A DNA stretch of 64,000 nt, taken from positions 5,629-69,628 of the forward strand of contig DAWDCC010000005.1 in the NCBI GenBank assembly GCA_052355365.1. The letters are read 5' to 3'. Position 1 is the stretch's first letter. The number at the start of each line of letters is the position of its first letter. The notes under the pieces were generated by a model. It was not told where the DNA came from. It did no database searches and worked only from the letters and a program-made list of their open reading frames with translations. The DNA is from Prevotella sp. GTDB lineage: Bacteria; Bacteroidota; Bacteroidia; Bacteroidales; Bacteroidaceae. A program made the translations under genes and the position numbers. Of the stretch, positions 9,185 through 19,100 are shown piece by piece.

Positions 9185-10783
9185 TTAGAACGGTGCTGGC
9201 CCGCCGGTGTCTGGAGGCATTCCGGCCAGTAGATCAGCTGCGAAAGAATCCGTTTCCGGTGCACCGCCGTAGTCCTGATTCATCTTGGAACCAATGAACT
9301 CTCCGCCATTCATGTCGCCCGGCAGTGGTGCCAACTGGGCATCCTCAGGGTTCATGAAGCGGGTGTACTGGCCCTGGAAGGTCAGCAGCACGTCGCCCGT
9401 GGCACCTTTACGGTGTTTGGCGATGATGATCTGTGCCTTGCCATGGAGGTCGTTGCCTTTCTCGTCCTGATAGATACGGTAGTACTCGGGACGGTGGACG
9501 AAGAGCACCATATCGGCATCCTGCTCGATAGCTCCCGACTCACGCAGGTCGCTCAGCTGTGGTCGCTTGCCCTCGATGCCCTCACGGTTTTCCACGGTAC
9601 GGTTGAGCTGTGAGAGGGCGATGATGGGGATGTCGAGTTCCTTGGCCAGTCCTTTGAGAGAGCGCGAGATGGTGGAGACCTCTTCCTGGCGGTTGCCGAA
9701 GCGCATGCCGTTGGCGTTCATCAGCTGCAGGTAGTCGATCATAATGATCTTCACGCCTTTTTCCCTGACGAGACGGCGTGCTTTGGTACGGAGCTCAAAG
9801 ATGGAGAGACCTGGGGTATCGTCGACGTAAATGGGTGCACCCGTGAGGCGCGAAAGGTTTTTGTCGAGTCGCTCCCATTCGTCGCGGGCGAGCTGGCCGT
9901 TCATGATCTTCTTGCCCTCGATCTCACAGACGTTGGAGATAAGGCGGTCGACGAGCTGTTCGTTGTTCATCTCCAGCGAGAAGAAGGCGATGGGGGTCTG
10001 ATAGTCGACGGCGATGTTCTTGGCGATGGACAGCGCAAACGATGTCTTACCCATGGCCGGACGTCCGGCGATGATGACGAGGTCACTCTTCTGCCAACCC
10101 GAGGTCATGTCGTCGAGTTTGGTGAAGCCGGAGGGAATACCCGTCAGACCGCTGGTGTTGGCGGAAGCCTTTTGCAGGGTGTCGATGGCCTGGCGGATGA
10201 CCGGGTCGATCTGGGTGTAGTCCTGCTTCATATTTTTCTGCGAGAGCTCGAAGAGGCTGCCCTCAGCTTCCTGCATAAGTTCGTCGACGTCGACGGTGGT
10301 GTCAAAGGCCTTGGTCTCGATGTCGCTGGCGAAGGAGATGAGCTGGCGGGCGAGGAACTTCTGCTTGAGAATCTTGGAGTGCTGCTCGATGTGCGCCGAT
10401 GAGGCGACGTGGGAAGAAAGCTCGATGATGTAGTTCGGGCCACCGACATCGTCAATGGTGCCCTCGCGCTCCAGCTCGTTGGTGACGGTGAGGATGTCGA
10501 CGGGCTTTTCCTCCATGTTCAGGGTTTGGATGGCCTTAAAGATCTTTTGGTGGCTCGGGTTGTAGAAGGTCTCGGGGCGAATGAGCTCAGAGACGACCGA
10601 GAAGGCGTCCTTGTCGATCATCAGGGCACCGAGCACCACTTTCTCCACGTCGATGGCCTGCGGCTGCAGATGGCCGTAGGTGGGGTCGATGGGTGTGGAA
10701 GCCTTTTTGCGACGGGGCGCGGTATTTTTTTGTTCTGGCATATGCTTTAGCGTGTTTTGTGGGTTGATTGCTTTCGAGACCAT
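9185..10783 (-). CDS. dnaB: Replicative DNA helicase
   Basis: DnaB N-terminal domain (QPQAIDVEKVVLGALMIDKDAF) and RecA-like core (IIAGRPAMGKTSFAL, IMIDYLQLM). The track start at 10789 is TTG. The first ATG is at 10783 and an alternative ATG is at 10741. Confidence 0.93.
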   Translation of the reverse strand: MVSKAINPQNTLKHMPEQKNTAPRRKKASTPIDPTYGHLQPQAIDVEKVVLGALMIDKDAFSVVSELIRPETFYNPSHQKIFKAIQTLNMEEKPVDILTVTNELEREGTIDDVGGPNYIIELSSHVASSAHIEQHSKILKQKFLARQLISFASDIETKAFDTTVDVDELMQEAEGSLFELSQKNMKQDYTQIDPVIRQAIDTLQKASANTSGLTGIPSGFTKLDDMTSGWQKSDLVIIAGRPAMGKTSFALSIAKNIAVDYQTPIAFFSLEMNNEQLVDRLISNVCEIEGKKIMNGQLARDEWERLDKNLSRLTGAPIYVDDTPGLSIFELRTKARRLVREKGVKIIMIDYLQLMNANGMRFGNRQEEVSTISRSLKGLAKELDIPIIALSQLNRTVENREGIEGKRPQLSDLRESGAIEQDADMVLFVHRPEYYRIYQDEKGNDLHGKAQIIIAKHRKGATGDVLLTFQGQYTRFMNPEDAQLAPLPGDMNGGEFIGSKMNQDYGGAPETDSFAADLLAGMPPDTGGPAPF

Positions 10784-10789
10784 CGTCAA

Positions 10790-11125
10790 GCCGGGGGAGA
10801 GAAGAGGCTCTTAAGCCGGGGAGAGGATGGCAGATGCAAAGTTACGGTTTTTTCCTGGCAAAGTGCAGGAAGAAGAAGGAAATGTTGCGGAAAACTGCGT
10901 GGAAGGAGGGAGAGAAGGGGGAGGAGCGGGGGAGCGTCGCGATATATCGCGATGAACAGAACTGACGGACGAACAAGGGACGAGGCAAGGGAGGAAGACG
11001 GGCGGAACAAGGAGCGAGAAGGGACGAGGCAAGGGAGAAAGGCAGACGAGACAAGGGACGGGGCAAGGGGGCGCAAGAGGCGGCGCAAGAAAAGCATAAA
11101 CCGCCCAAAGCAAAGATATGCTATG
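10790..11125. repeat. Homopurine (G/A)-rich tract of about 340 bp on the plus strand, with degenerate dispersed repeats and a central palindrome
   Basis: Almost no pyrimidine runs. AAGGGACGAGGCAAGGGAG occurs at 10975 and 11019, with the variant AAGGGACGGGGCAAGGGGG at 11053. A perfect 16-bp palindrome, TCGCGATATATCGCGA, lies at 10937-10952. Confidence 0.85.
10837..10844 (-). promoter_or_regulatory. -7 promoter box (TAACTTTG) upstream of dnaB
   Basis: Matches the TAnnTTTG consensus on the minus strand, about 55 nt upstream of the first dnaB ATG. Confidence 0.45.
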
Positions 11126-11132
11126 GACGGCT

Positions 11133-11210
11133 TGGTAGGGACAATGGGACTCGAACCCATGACCTCTGCAATGTGACTGCAGCGCTCTAAACCAGCTGGG
11201 CTATGCCCCT
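11133..11210 (-). tRNA. tRNA-Val (anticodon CAC), with encoded CCA
   Basis: Hand-folded cloverleaf. Acceptor AGGGGCA/TGTCCCT has one G-U pair. The anticodon arm is CTGCA-GTCACAT-TGCAG, placing the anticodon at 11175..11173. The T arm is ATGGG-TTCGAGT-CCCAT, and the 3' end is ACCA. The D stem has a C-A mismatch, so the isotype is less certain than the tRNA call itself. Confidence 0.8.
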
Positions 11211-11442
11211 ATGCTTGTAGTGAGAGGCTCTGTGTGGAGCTCTCTGTTACGGTGTGCAAAATTACGAAAACTTTGCGAGTCTACCAAATATTTGAGCAAT
11301 AATTTGAGAAGAGGGCGTGTTTTTCTTGCTGAAGGGGCGCGGAGAAAGAGAATATTGCTAACTTTGAAGTGGGTAGACTCCTTAATATATTAAGGAGGAT
11401 CAGCCCTTGCTGAGAAAGAAACAGTTCCTAATATAAAAGAAT

Positions 11443-12138
11443 ATGAAACACATTGCAGTACTATTCGCCCTGCTGGGCATGTCTACCATGGGTTGGGCAC
11501 AAGTAGATCCTGGTACGTTTTCCGTGATACCGCATGTCGGTCTCAATCTCTCCACCATCAGCGACGAGAGCCTTGTCAATGATGTGGGGACGATGAAGAG
11601 TAAGTATAAGGCGGGAGCTGCGGCCGGCGTTGATCTCGAATACCGTATCAGCGCACCTTTTGCCGTCAGCGCGGGAGCCTACTACTCGCGCGAGGGCTGC
11701 AACTACAAAGACAATACGCTGGAGCATCCCGGGGCAGGAACCTACAATGTTTTCAGCCGTAGCTATTTCACGATCGACTACCTCAAGATCCCCGTGATGG
11801 CGCGTTGGTATGCGACGGACAAGCTTTCTGTGGGTACCGGCTTGCAGGCGGGTATCGGACTATGGAACCGCACGCATACAGAGTCCCAGGAAGTCAAGGT
11901 CAACGAGAACGGCAGTTACACTTACTCCACAGACATTGAGAAAACAAATACCAAGGGCAATGGTCTGCGCAATGTGCTGTGGAGTGTGCCTGTGAGTGTT
12001 GCTGTGGAGTATGAGCGCGTCATCGTAGACCTTCGCTACAGCATTCCGCTGTCGAAGGTCTACCAGTCCAATGGTAAGCGTCCCGGCGGCGATGAGCGCA
12101 TCAAGTGCTGGACGATCAGCGTGGGATACAGGATTTAG
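11443..12138 (+). CDS. Small outer-membrane beta-barrel protein (porin-family/OMP_b-brl type)
   Basis: Signal peptide MKHIAVLFALLGMSTMGWAQ, an alternating amphipathic strand pattern and a C-terminal aromatic end (SVGYRI). A TAACTTTG box lies at 11359-11366. Confidence 0.7.
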   Translation: MKHIAVLFALLGMSTMGWAQVDPGTFSVIPHVGLNLSTISDESLVNDVGTMKSKYKAGAAAGVDLEYRISAPFAVSAGAYYSREGCNYKDNTLEHPGAGTYNVFSRSYFTIDYLKIPVMARWYATDKLSVGTGLQAGIGLWNRTHTESQEVKVNENGSYTYSTDIEKTNTKGNGLRNVLWSVPVSVAVEYERVIVDLRYSIPLSKVYQSNGKRPGGDERIKCWTISVGYRI

Positions 12139-12198
12139 ACTTATCAAAAAACTACAATACGGGCGCGGCGCCATTGCCACGCCTTTCTTTTTGTCCTT

Positions 12199-14409
12199 TT
12201 ACATACATGCCACGGTCAGTCCGGCCATGACAATGCTCACCATCGACATCAGTTTGATCAGGATGTTGAGTGAGGGTCCTGACGTGTCTTTGAACGGATC
12301 ACCGACGGTGTCGCCGACAATCGTAGCTTTGTGGCAGGGTGATCCTTTTCCGCCGAAGCGTCCTCCCTCGACGCTCTTCTTGGCGTTGTCCCAGGCGCCG
12401 CCTGCGTTTGCCATGAACACGGCGAGAGTGAAGCCGGCGGCCAGTCCACCGACGAGCAGGCCGAGGACGCCCGCCACGCCGAGTACCATACCCACCACGA
12501 TGGGAATGATGATGGCCAACAACGACGGGAGGATCATCTCGTGCTGTGCCGACTTCGTACTGATCTCGACGCATCGGCCATAGTCCGGAGTGGCTTTGCC
12601 CTCCAGGATGCCTTTGATCTCATGGAACTGCCGGCGCACCTCGCTGACCATCTTCACGGCAGCACGTCCCACGGCGCCCATGGTCAGACCACAGAAGAGG
12701 AAAGCCGCCATGGCACCGAGAAACGCTCCGACGAGGACGCGCGGATTCATCAGGTTCACTTGGAAAAAGTTCATAAAGTCGGGTATCGTCGCTTTGGCAG
12801 GGTCGAAGACTCGCCCGGCGGCATCGAGGAACTGCTGTCCTCCGGCTTCAGCACGACTCATGGCCAGCTTGATCTCCTCGACATACGAGGCGAGCAGGGC
12901 CAGTGCGGTGAGTGCCGCCGAGCCGATGGCGAAGCCCTTACCCGTAGCGGCTGTGGTGTTGCCCAGTGCGTCGAGGGCGTCAGTGCGGTGACGAATCTCC
13001 TCGCCGAGGCCACTCATCTCAGCATTTCCGCCTGCGTTGTCGGCGATAGGGCCGTAGGCATCTGTGGCGAGCGTGATGCCGAGTGTGGAGAGCATACCCA
13101 CCGCGGCGATACCGATGCCGTAGAGTCCGTGGCTGATGCTGGCCGCGCTCATGCTCAGGTCAAAGCCGTTGGCACAGAGATAGCTCAACATGATAGCCAC
13201 CGAGATAGTGAGCACGGGCACGCAGGTAGAGATCATCCCCGTTCCGATGCCCTTGATGATCACCGTGGCGGCACCCGTCTGGCTGGCCTCGGCGATGCGT
13301 TGCGTCGGCTTATAGCTCTGCGAGGTATAGTATTCCGTGGCCTGTCCGATGATCACTCCCGCGGCGAGACCGCTGACCACTGAGAATCCTATGCCCATCC
13401 AGTTGTCGATTTGGAGCCAATAGAGAATGGCGAATGTAGCCAAGGCGATGAGGATGGCACTTGTGTTTGTACCCATTCCGAGGGCGTGGAGCAGGTCTTT
13501 CATCGTCGCTCCGTCCTTGGCGCGCACGAGGAAGATGCCGATGAGGCTGAGAAAGACCCCCACTGCGGCGATGAGCATCGGGGCGATGACCGCTCTGAGC
13601 TGCATGTCGTCGGCACTCATGGCAAAGGCCGTGGCGCCGAGGGCTGCCGTAGAGAGGATGCTGCCGCAATAGCTCTCATAGAGGTCAGCGCCCATACCGG
13701 CTACGTCACCTACGTTATCGCCCACGTTGTCGGCGATGGTAGCCGGGTTGCGCGGGTCGTCTTCGGGGATGTCAGCCTCCACCTTTCCTACAAGGTCGGC
13801 GCCGACATCAGCCGCCTTGGTGTAGATGCCGCCGCCGACACGGGCGAAGAGCGCCTGTGTGGAAGCGCCCATACCGAAGGTGAGCATCGTTGTGGTGATG
13901 GTGATGAGAGCGGTATGTGGATCCACGTCGCTATAGAAAGCATGGAGTATCAGAAACCAGACGGCGATGTCAAGCAAGCCGAGTCCCACGACGACGAGCC
14001 CCATGACAGCGCCGGAGCGAAACGCGATCTTCAGTCCTTTGTGCAGTCCTTCGCGTGCCGCGTTGGCCGTACGGCCACTGGCGTAGGTGGCCGTCTTCAT
14101 GCCGAAGAAACCGGCAAGACCGCTGAAAAAACCGCCCGTGAGGAAGGCGAACGGCACCCACGGGTTCTGGGCATTGAAGCCGTAGGCCATGATGGCAAAG
14201 ATGATGGCCAGCACGATAAACACGATGAGCACCACCCGGTACTGCTGTCGCAGATAGGCCATCGCACCCCGACGGATGTAGAGGGCGATTTCCTTCATGC
14301 GTGGCGTGCCCTCGTCTTCCTTCATCATGTTACGGAAGAACAGCCATGCCATCATCAGGGCACAGACAGAGGCCAAAGGGATGAGCCAAAAGACAACAGG
14401 TAAGTTCAT
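12199..14409 (-). CDS. hppA: Membrane-bound ion-translocating pyrophosphatase (H+/Na+-PPase)
   Basis: Polytopic protein of about 736 aa with PPase motifs (GGIYTKAADVGADLVGKVE, DNVGDNVGD, GDTVGDPFKDT). The start was set to the ATG at 14409 because the track start at 14457 is TTG. Confidence 0.92.
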   Translation of the reverse strand: MNLPVVFWLIPLASVCALMMAWLFFRNMMKEDEGTPRMKEIALYIRRGAMAYLRQQYRVVLIVFIVLAIIFAIMAYGFNAQNPWVPFAFLTGGFFSGLAGFFGMKTATYASGRTANAAREGLHKGLKIAFRSGAVMGLVVVGLGLLDIAVWFLILHAFYSDVDPHTALITITTTMLTFGMGASTQALFARVGGGIYTKAADVGADLVGKVEADIPEDDPRNPATIADNVGDNVGDVAGMGADLYESYCGSILSTAALGATAFAMSADDMQLRAVIAPMLIAAVGVFLSLIGIFLVRAKDGATMKDLLHALGMGTNTSAILIALATFAILYWLQIDNWMGIGFSVVSGLAAGVIIGQATEYYTSQSYKPTQRIAEASQTGAATVIIKGIGTGMISTCVPVLTISVAIMLSYLCANGFDLSMSAASISHGLYGIGIAAVGMLSTLGITLATDAYGPIADNAGGNAEMSGLGEEIRHRTDALDALGNTTAATGKGFAIGSAALTALALLASYVEEIKLAMSRAEAGGQQFLDAAGRVFDPAKATIPDFMNFFQVNLMNPRVLVGAFLGAMAAFLFCGLTMGAVGRAAVKMVSEVRRQFHEIKGILEGKATPDYGRCVEISTKSAQHEMILPSLLAIIIPIVVGMVLGVAGVLGLLVGGLAAGFTLAVFMANAGGAWDNAKKSVEGGRFGGKGSPCHKATIVGDTVGDPFKDTSGPSLNILIKLMSMVSIVMAGLTVACM

Positions 14410-14692
14410 AAGGCACGACGATTGAATGGTTAGACACGATAGCGACGCGGTTCTCAACGCGTCCGTTTATAATGGCAAATTTAAGGAAAAAAATAATAGG
14501 TTGCAACTTTTAAGCACTTAAAAATCAGGATTTTTACAATGTTTGACCTATTGTTTTCAAGAGTTGGCAAAACTGAACAATAAAGCTGCCTTTATTGACA
14601 GCGAGCGCTATATATAATTAAGGAGTAGATGAGCACGAACCGCCGTTTAGTTGCAAAGAATCTTACAAAAGTAGTTCACCGTGAGCTCTCAT

Positions 14693-15029
14693 TCTGGAGA
14701 AGCGAAGAAGGCACTTTGAGAGAAAATTCTGAGATGAAGTGATCAAAAAGGCTTTCTGACCTGATCATCTCGGCGTGATGAACAGGTCAGAAAGCCGAGA
14801 TGACCAGGTCAGAAAGCTTAGATGACAGCATCAGAAAGGTACTTTGAGGTGTACTTTCAGCAGTTTTCTCATGACTAAAGAGGCTTTTTGAGCGCTAAAA
14901 ACCTCGATGTTATTTGTATTTATCTGACAACCAGCATGTTATAAAAATATGCTGAGAATCGCAAAATTCAGAGCAAAGGACACCTTGGTGCAGAAAAACG
15001 CAAGGAAAAGGGCTGAAAAATGTCAGTTT
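14693..15029. repeat. Copy A of a structured intergenic repeat of about 350 bp (inverted copy B at 56543-56901)
   Basis: Hand alignment to the reverse complement of 56543-56901 shows shared blocks: TCTGGAGA, AAAATTCTGAGA, ATCAAAAAGGCTTTCTGACCTGRTCATCTCG, GTCAGAAAGSCGAGATGAC, AAAGGTACTTTGA, CAACCAGCA, TGTGCAGAAAAWCGCA and GAAAAATGTCAGTTT. Internally there are 24-25-nt inverted arms (14750-14774 and 14794-17) and three tandem units of about 22 bp (14775-14840). Confidence 0.8.
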
Positions 15030-15040
15030 TCCCAACAGAT

Positions 15041-15850
15041 CTATTTCAGGATAAACTTCTCGACCACATGCGCCACACCATCCTCCTCGTTGCTATAAGT
15101 GATGTAGTCGGCTGTGTCCTGTATGTCTTTCGGAGCGTTGGCCATGGCGACGCCGAGTCCTGCGAAGCGTATCATGCTCTGATCGTTGTAGCCGTCGCCG
15201 CAGGCGATGACCTCCTCACGGCGGATGCCGGTCAGTTCAAAGAGACGCTCCAGCGAGTGGGCCTTGTCGATGCCGGGCGGCACGCACTCCAGGAAGAACC
15301 CGGCCGAGCGGTAGACATCCATCACACCTTTGAAGGCCGTGGTCAGTTGCAACTCGAGCTCATGCAGCGGAGCCGGGTCGCCGACGACCAGGCATTTGTT
15401 GATCGGGTAGCGGATCTGATGGATGAAATCGGTGTATTCCTCGACCGGCATCTTGTTGATGAACGCCTCGTGGAGGACATATTTGTTGGCCTTCTTCGTT
15501 GCCGCGATCTTCTCGTCCTGATAGGTGAGCATCTCCATGCCGTGTTTCTTGACGGCCTCGTAGAGTGGGGGCACGACCTCGGGGTTTAAGGGTTGGTCAA
15601 AGACCACCTTGCCCGTAGCACAGTCGGTGATGCGTCCGCCGTTGAAGGCAAGGATAAACCCCTGGTAAGTCTTCAGGTCGAGTTCCTCAGCGAGTGCCGT
15701 GATGCCGTAGGTGGGGCGGCCCGATGCGAGTACGATGCGCACGCCCCGCTGCTCAGCTTTCAGCAGTGCGTCGCGCGTGCGGGGTGTCATCTCTTTCTTA
15801 CTATTTGTCAGTGTGCCGTCAAGATCGAGCACGATCATTTTGTAATCCAT
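15041..15850 (-). CDS. Cof-type HAD-IIB family hydrolase (sugar-phosphatase-like)
   Basis: Motif I (VLDLDGTL), motif II (LASGR) and the C-terminal GDGYND motif. Confidence 0.88.
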   Translation of the reverse strand: MDYKMIVLDLDGTLTNSKKEMTPRTRDALLKAEQRGVRIVLASGRPTYGITALAEELDLKTYQGFILAFNGGRITDCATGKVVFDQPLNPEVVPPLYEAVKKHGMEMLTYQDEKIAATKKANKYVLHEAFINKMPVEEYTDFIHQIRYPINKCLVVGDPAPLHELELQLTTAFKGVMDVYRSAGFFLECVPPGIDKAHSLERLFELTGIRREEVIACGDGYNDQSMIRFAGLGVAMANAPKDIQDTADYITYSNEEDGVAHVVEKFILK

Positions 15851-16089
15851 GTGCGTAATTATGTGTTATGGCGAAATCTGGCGTTCCGCCCGTTCTGTTC
15901 TCTCACATCGCAAAGTTACGCTTTTCTGCTGATACCGTGAAATGCAAGCCCGAAAATATTGGTGCCGCCCCCACATTTATGCGATTCTTGCATCATATCA
16001 GCACTTCCGCCGGTCGGTAAATGCCAAATATGTAACATATGTGTACCTATTCTGTAACATGGTTGCGGGCTGTTTCGTTAGAAAAAACC

Positions 16090-16097
16090 TAACTTTG
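16090..16097 (+). promoter_or_regulatory. -7 promoter box (TAACTTTG) upstream of susC-like gene
   Basis: Matches the TAnnTTTG consensus, 79 nt upstream of the ATG at 16176. Confidence 0.5.
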
Positions 16098-16175
16098 CAG
16101 TGTTATTCCTAATAACGATCAACACCAGGTTGTCATACCTACATCAATTATTATACATTTAAAACTCAACCAACC

Positions 16176-19100
16176 ATGCGTAAATCTGTCTTATGCAAAA
16201 TTGCCCTAATAGCATGTTTGCTGTTTCCGGCGATCGGCGTGTTGCAAGGCTCAGCCCTCTACGCCAAGATTGTGAAAGGCACGGTCAAGTCGGCCACTGA
16301 TGGCGAGCCGCTCACGGGAGCGACGGTAAAGGTCATCGGCATGCAGACAGGTACTGTGACGGATCTCGACGGACATTTCTCCTTGGAGGCCAATGACGGT
16401 CAGACGCTTCTCGTCTCCTACATTGGCTTTGTGCAGCAAAAAGTGAAGGTGGCAGGCAACGACCTCACCATTCAGCTCGCCGAAGAGGCCAACTCGCTCA
16501 ATGATGTCGTAGTCATCGGCTATGGCGTACAGAAGAAGAAGCTCGTCACCGGCGCTACCCTTCAGGTCAAGGGCGACGATGTGGCCAAACTCAACACCAC
16601 CAATCCTCTGCAAGCTCTGCAAGGCCAGACCCCGGGTATGACCATCGTCTCGGAGTCAGGACAGCCGGGCGAAGGCTTGAAAGTCAACATCCGTGGCCTC
16701 GGCACCACGGGTTCCTCCTCTCCTCTTTATATTATAGACGGTGTGCGCGGCGACATTGCTACGCTCAACCCTGTCGACATCGAGAGTATCGACGTACTGA
16801 AGGACGCTGCCTCCGCCGCCATCTATGGTTCGCAGTCGGCCAACGGCGTGGTGCTCGTCACCACCAAGAGCGGCAAGAACGGTCGCGCGGTGGTCAGCTT
16901 CGACGCTTACAAGGGCTGGCAGAAGCCGATCCACAAGGTGAAGATGCTCAATGCCCGGCAGTACATGACCATCATGGACGAGCAGAATATCAACTCCGGC
17001 GGTCAGGCATATGACTGGAAGAGCTACTACACTCAGAAAGACGCTGACGGCAACGTCACCACTTGGGGCATCACAGACCCGACGACCGGTCAGATCTACG
17101 ACACAGACTGGGTCGACCAGATGTTCAAGGACAACGCGCAAACCGAGAGCTACACCCTTGGCATCACAGGCGGCAGTGGCCGTGGCAACTATGCCATGAG
17201 CATGGGATACATGAATCAGGAAGGTATCGTCGGCGGTAAGGATGTCTCTTACTACAGCCGTTACAACTTCCGTGTCAACTCTGAGTACAATGTCATCGAC
17301 AAATTCCTGAAGGTCGGTGAGCAGGTCTCCTTTATCTATTATAAGAAGCGCGGACTTAACGTCGGCAACCAATACAACAACTCGTTGCGCGCGGCCTTCG
17401 CCACATCGCCCTTGGCGCCGGTCTACAGCGACAACGGCGTGTATGGCAGTCCCTACAACGACACCAGCAACAGCCCATGGTACAATGCCGACGGCAATCC
17501 TTACGGCGTGATGATGGTCAGCAACATCAACAAGTCGCAAAACGCCACCTTCACGGGCAACGTCTTCGCGGAGTTCCAGTTCTTCAAGAATCTGAAGTTC
17601 CGCACGACGCTCGGCGTGAAGTACGACTCCAATGACTACCGCGGTTTCAACCCGCTCTATCACTTCTCGGTCTACAGCTACAACGACACACGCACGACAG
17701 CCAGCCAGAGCAAGAGCGACGGTTTCGGCATCACCTGGACCAACACGCTGACCTATAACTGGACGCTCGGCAAGCATTTCTTTGACGCGATGCTCGGCAC
17801 TGAGGCCTACCGCACCAATGGCAGCAGCCTCTATGCCGCCAACGGTTCCCTGCGTGAGGGCTTCGACACCTGGCCTTATGCCTGGGTGAGCAACGGCACC
17901 GCCAAGTCGCAGGAGGAAGGACTCAGCGCCAGCGGTTCGCCTTGGGACGAAGAGCGCATGGTGAGCTACTTCGGCCGTCTGTCGTGGAACTACAAAGAGA
18001 CCTACATGGCCACGGCCACGCTGCGCTGCGATGGTTCGAGCCGCTTTGCCCGCGGTCACCGCTTTGGCTGGTTCCCCTCGGTGAGCGCCGGCTGGGTGAT
18101 GAGCAATGAGAAATGGTGGAAGCCTGTCAGCAAGGTCGTCGACTACTTCAAGCTCCGTGGCAGCTGGGGGCAGGTCGGTAATCAAAACATCGGCAACTAC
18201 ATGTATACTGCACCTGTTTCCTTCAACAATGTCTACTACAACTTCGGTACGACAAAGGGTTCAGCAGCCGACCAGTGGGGAGCGCGCGTAACGCGTCTGG
18301 CCAACGAAAACATTACTTGGGAGACCTCTGAGCAGACCGACTTCGGCTTCGACGCCCGTGTGTTCGGCAAGCTCAACGTCAACTTCGACTGGTACTACAA
18401 GACCACGAAAGATTGGCTCGTGCAGCCGCCTATCCTCGCCACGGCAGGAACCGGTGCACCATATATTAATGGTGGTGACGTGAAAAATATCGGTGTGGAG
18501 GTCGGACTGGGTTGGAACGACCGCATCGGCCGCGATTTCAACTACTTCGTCAACGTCAACGGTGCCTACAACCACAACAAGGTCGGCAACATCCCCAACG
18601 AGGACGGCATCATCCACGGACAGACCAATCAGCTCTACGACAACTCCACGGAGTTTTATCGCGCCAGCAACGGCGAGCCCATCGGCTATTTCTGGGGCTA
18701 CAAAACAGCCGGACTCTTCCAAAATGAGCAAGAGATCAAGGACTGGATCGCCAACGGCAATGGCGTGCTTCAGGCTGATCCCAAGCCCGGCGACGTGAAA
18801 TACTACGATGTCAACCACGATGGCAAGATCAACGACGCCGACAAGGTCAACCTTGGCAACGGCATGCCTGACTTCACCTTCGGTTTCTCGCTGGGATTCG
18901 ACTACAAAGGTTTCGACTTCTCCATGACTGCCAACGGCGAGACCGGCAACAAGATCGTGCAGAGCTATCGCAATGTGGGTTCCACCACGGCCAACTACAC
19001 GACAGAGATCCTCGACCGCTGGACCGGTGAGGGCACGAGCAACAAGATTCCGCGCGTGACCAACACCAACATCAACTATCAGTTCTCTGATCTCTTCATC

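Noticed and set aside
10757-11176. Several overlapping 65-139-aa ORFs on both strands in the dnaB-tRNA spacer
   Set aside because: They arise from the homopurine tract, which lacks stop codons in every frame. Their translations are R/G/E/K or P/S/L low-complexity strings, and one runs into the tRNA gene.
14775-14840. 22-bp tandem units as a CRISPR array
   Set aside because: There are only three degenerate units with no spacers between them, embedded in a larger repeat that recurs at 56.5 kb. No cas genes are in the window.
16656-18185. 509-aa minus-strand ORF inside the susC-like gene. Similar long antisense ORFs lie at 7007-8560, 18261-19229, 19551-21164, 21181-22977, 25315-26772 and 27752-29374.
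   Set aside because: All lie fully inside well-supported genes on the other strand and have shadow-ORF composition. The high GC suppresses stop codons in the antisense frames.
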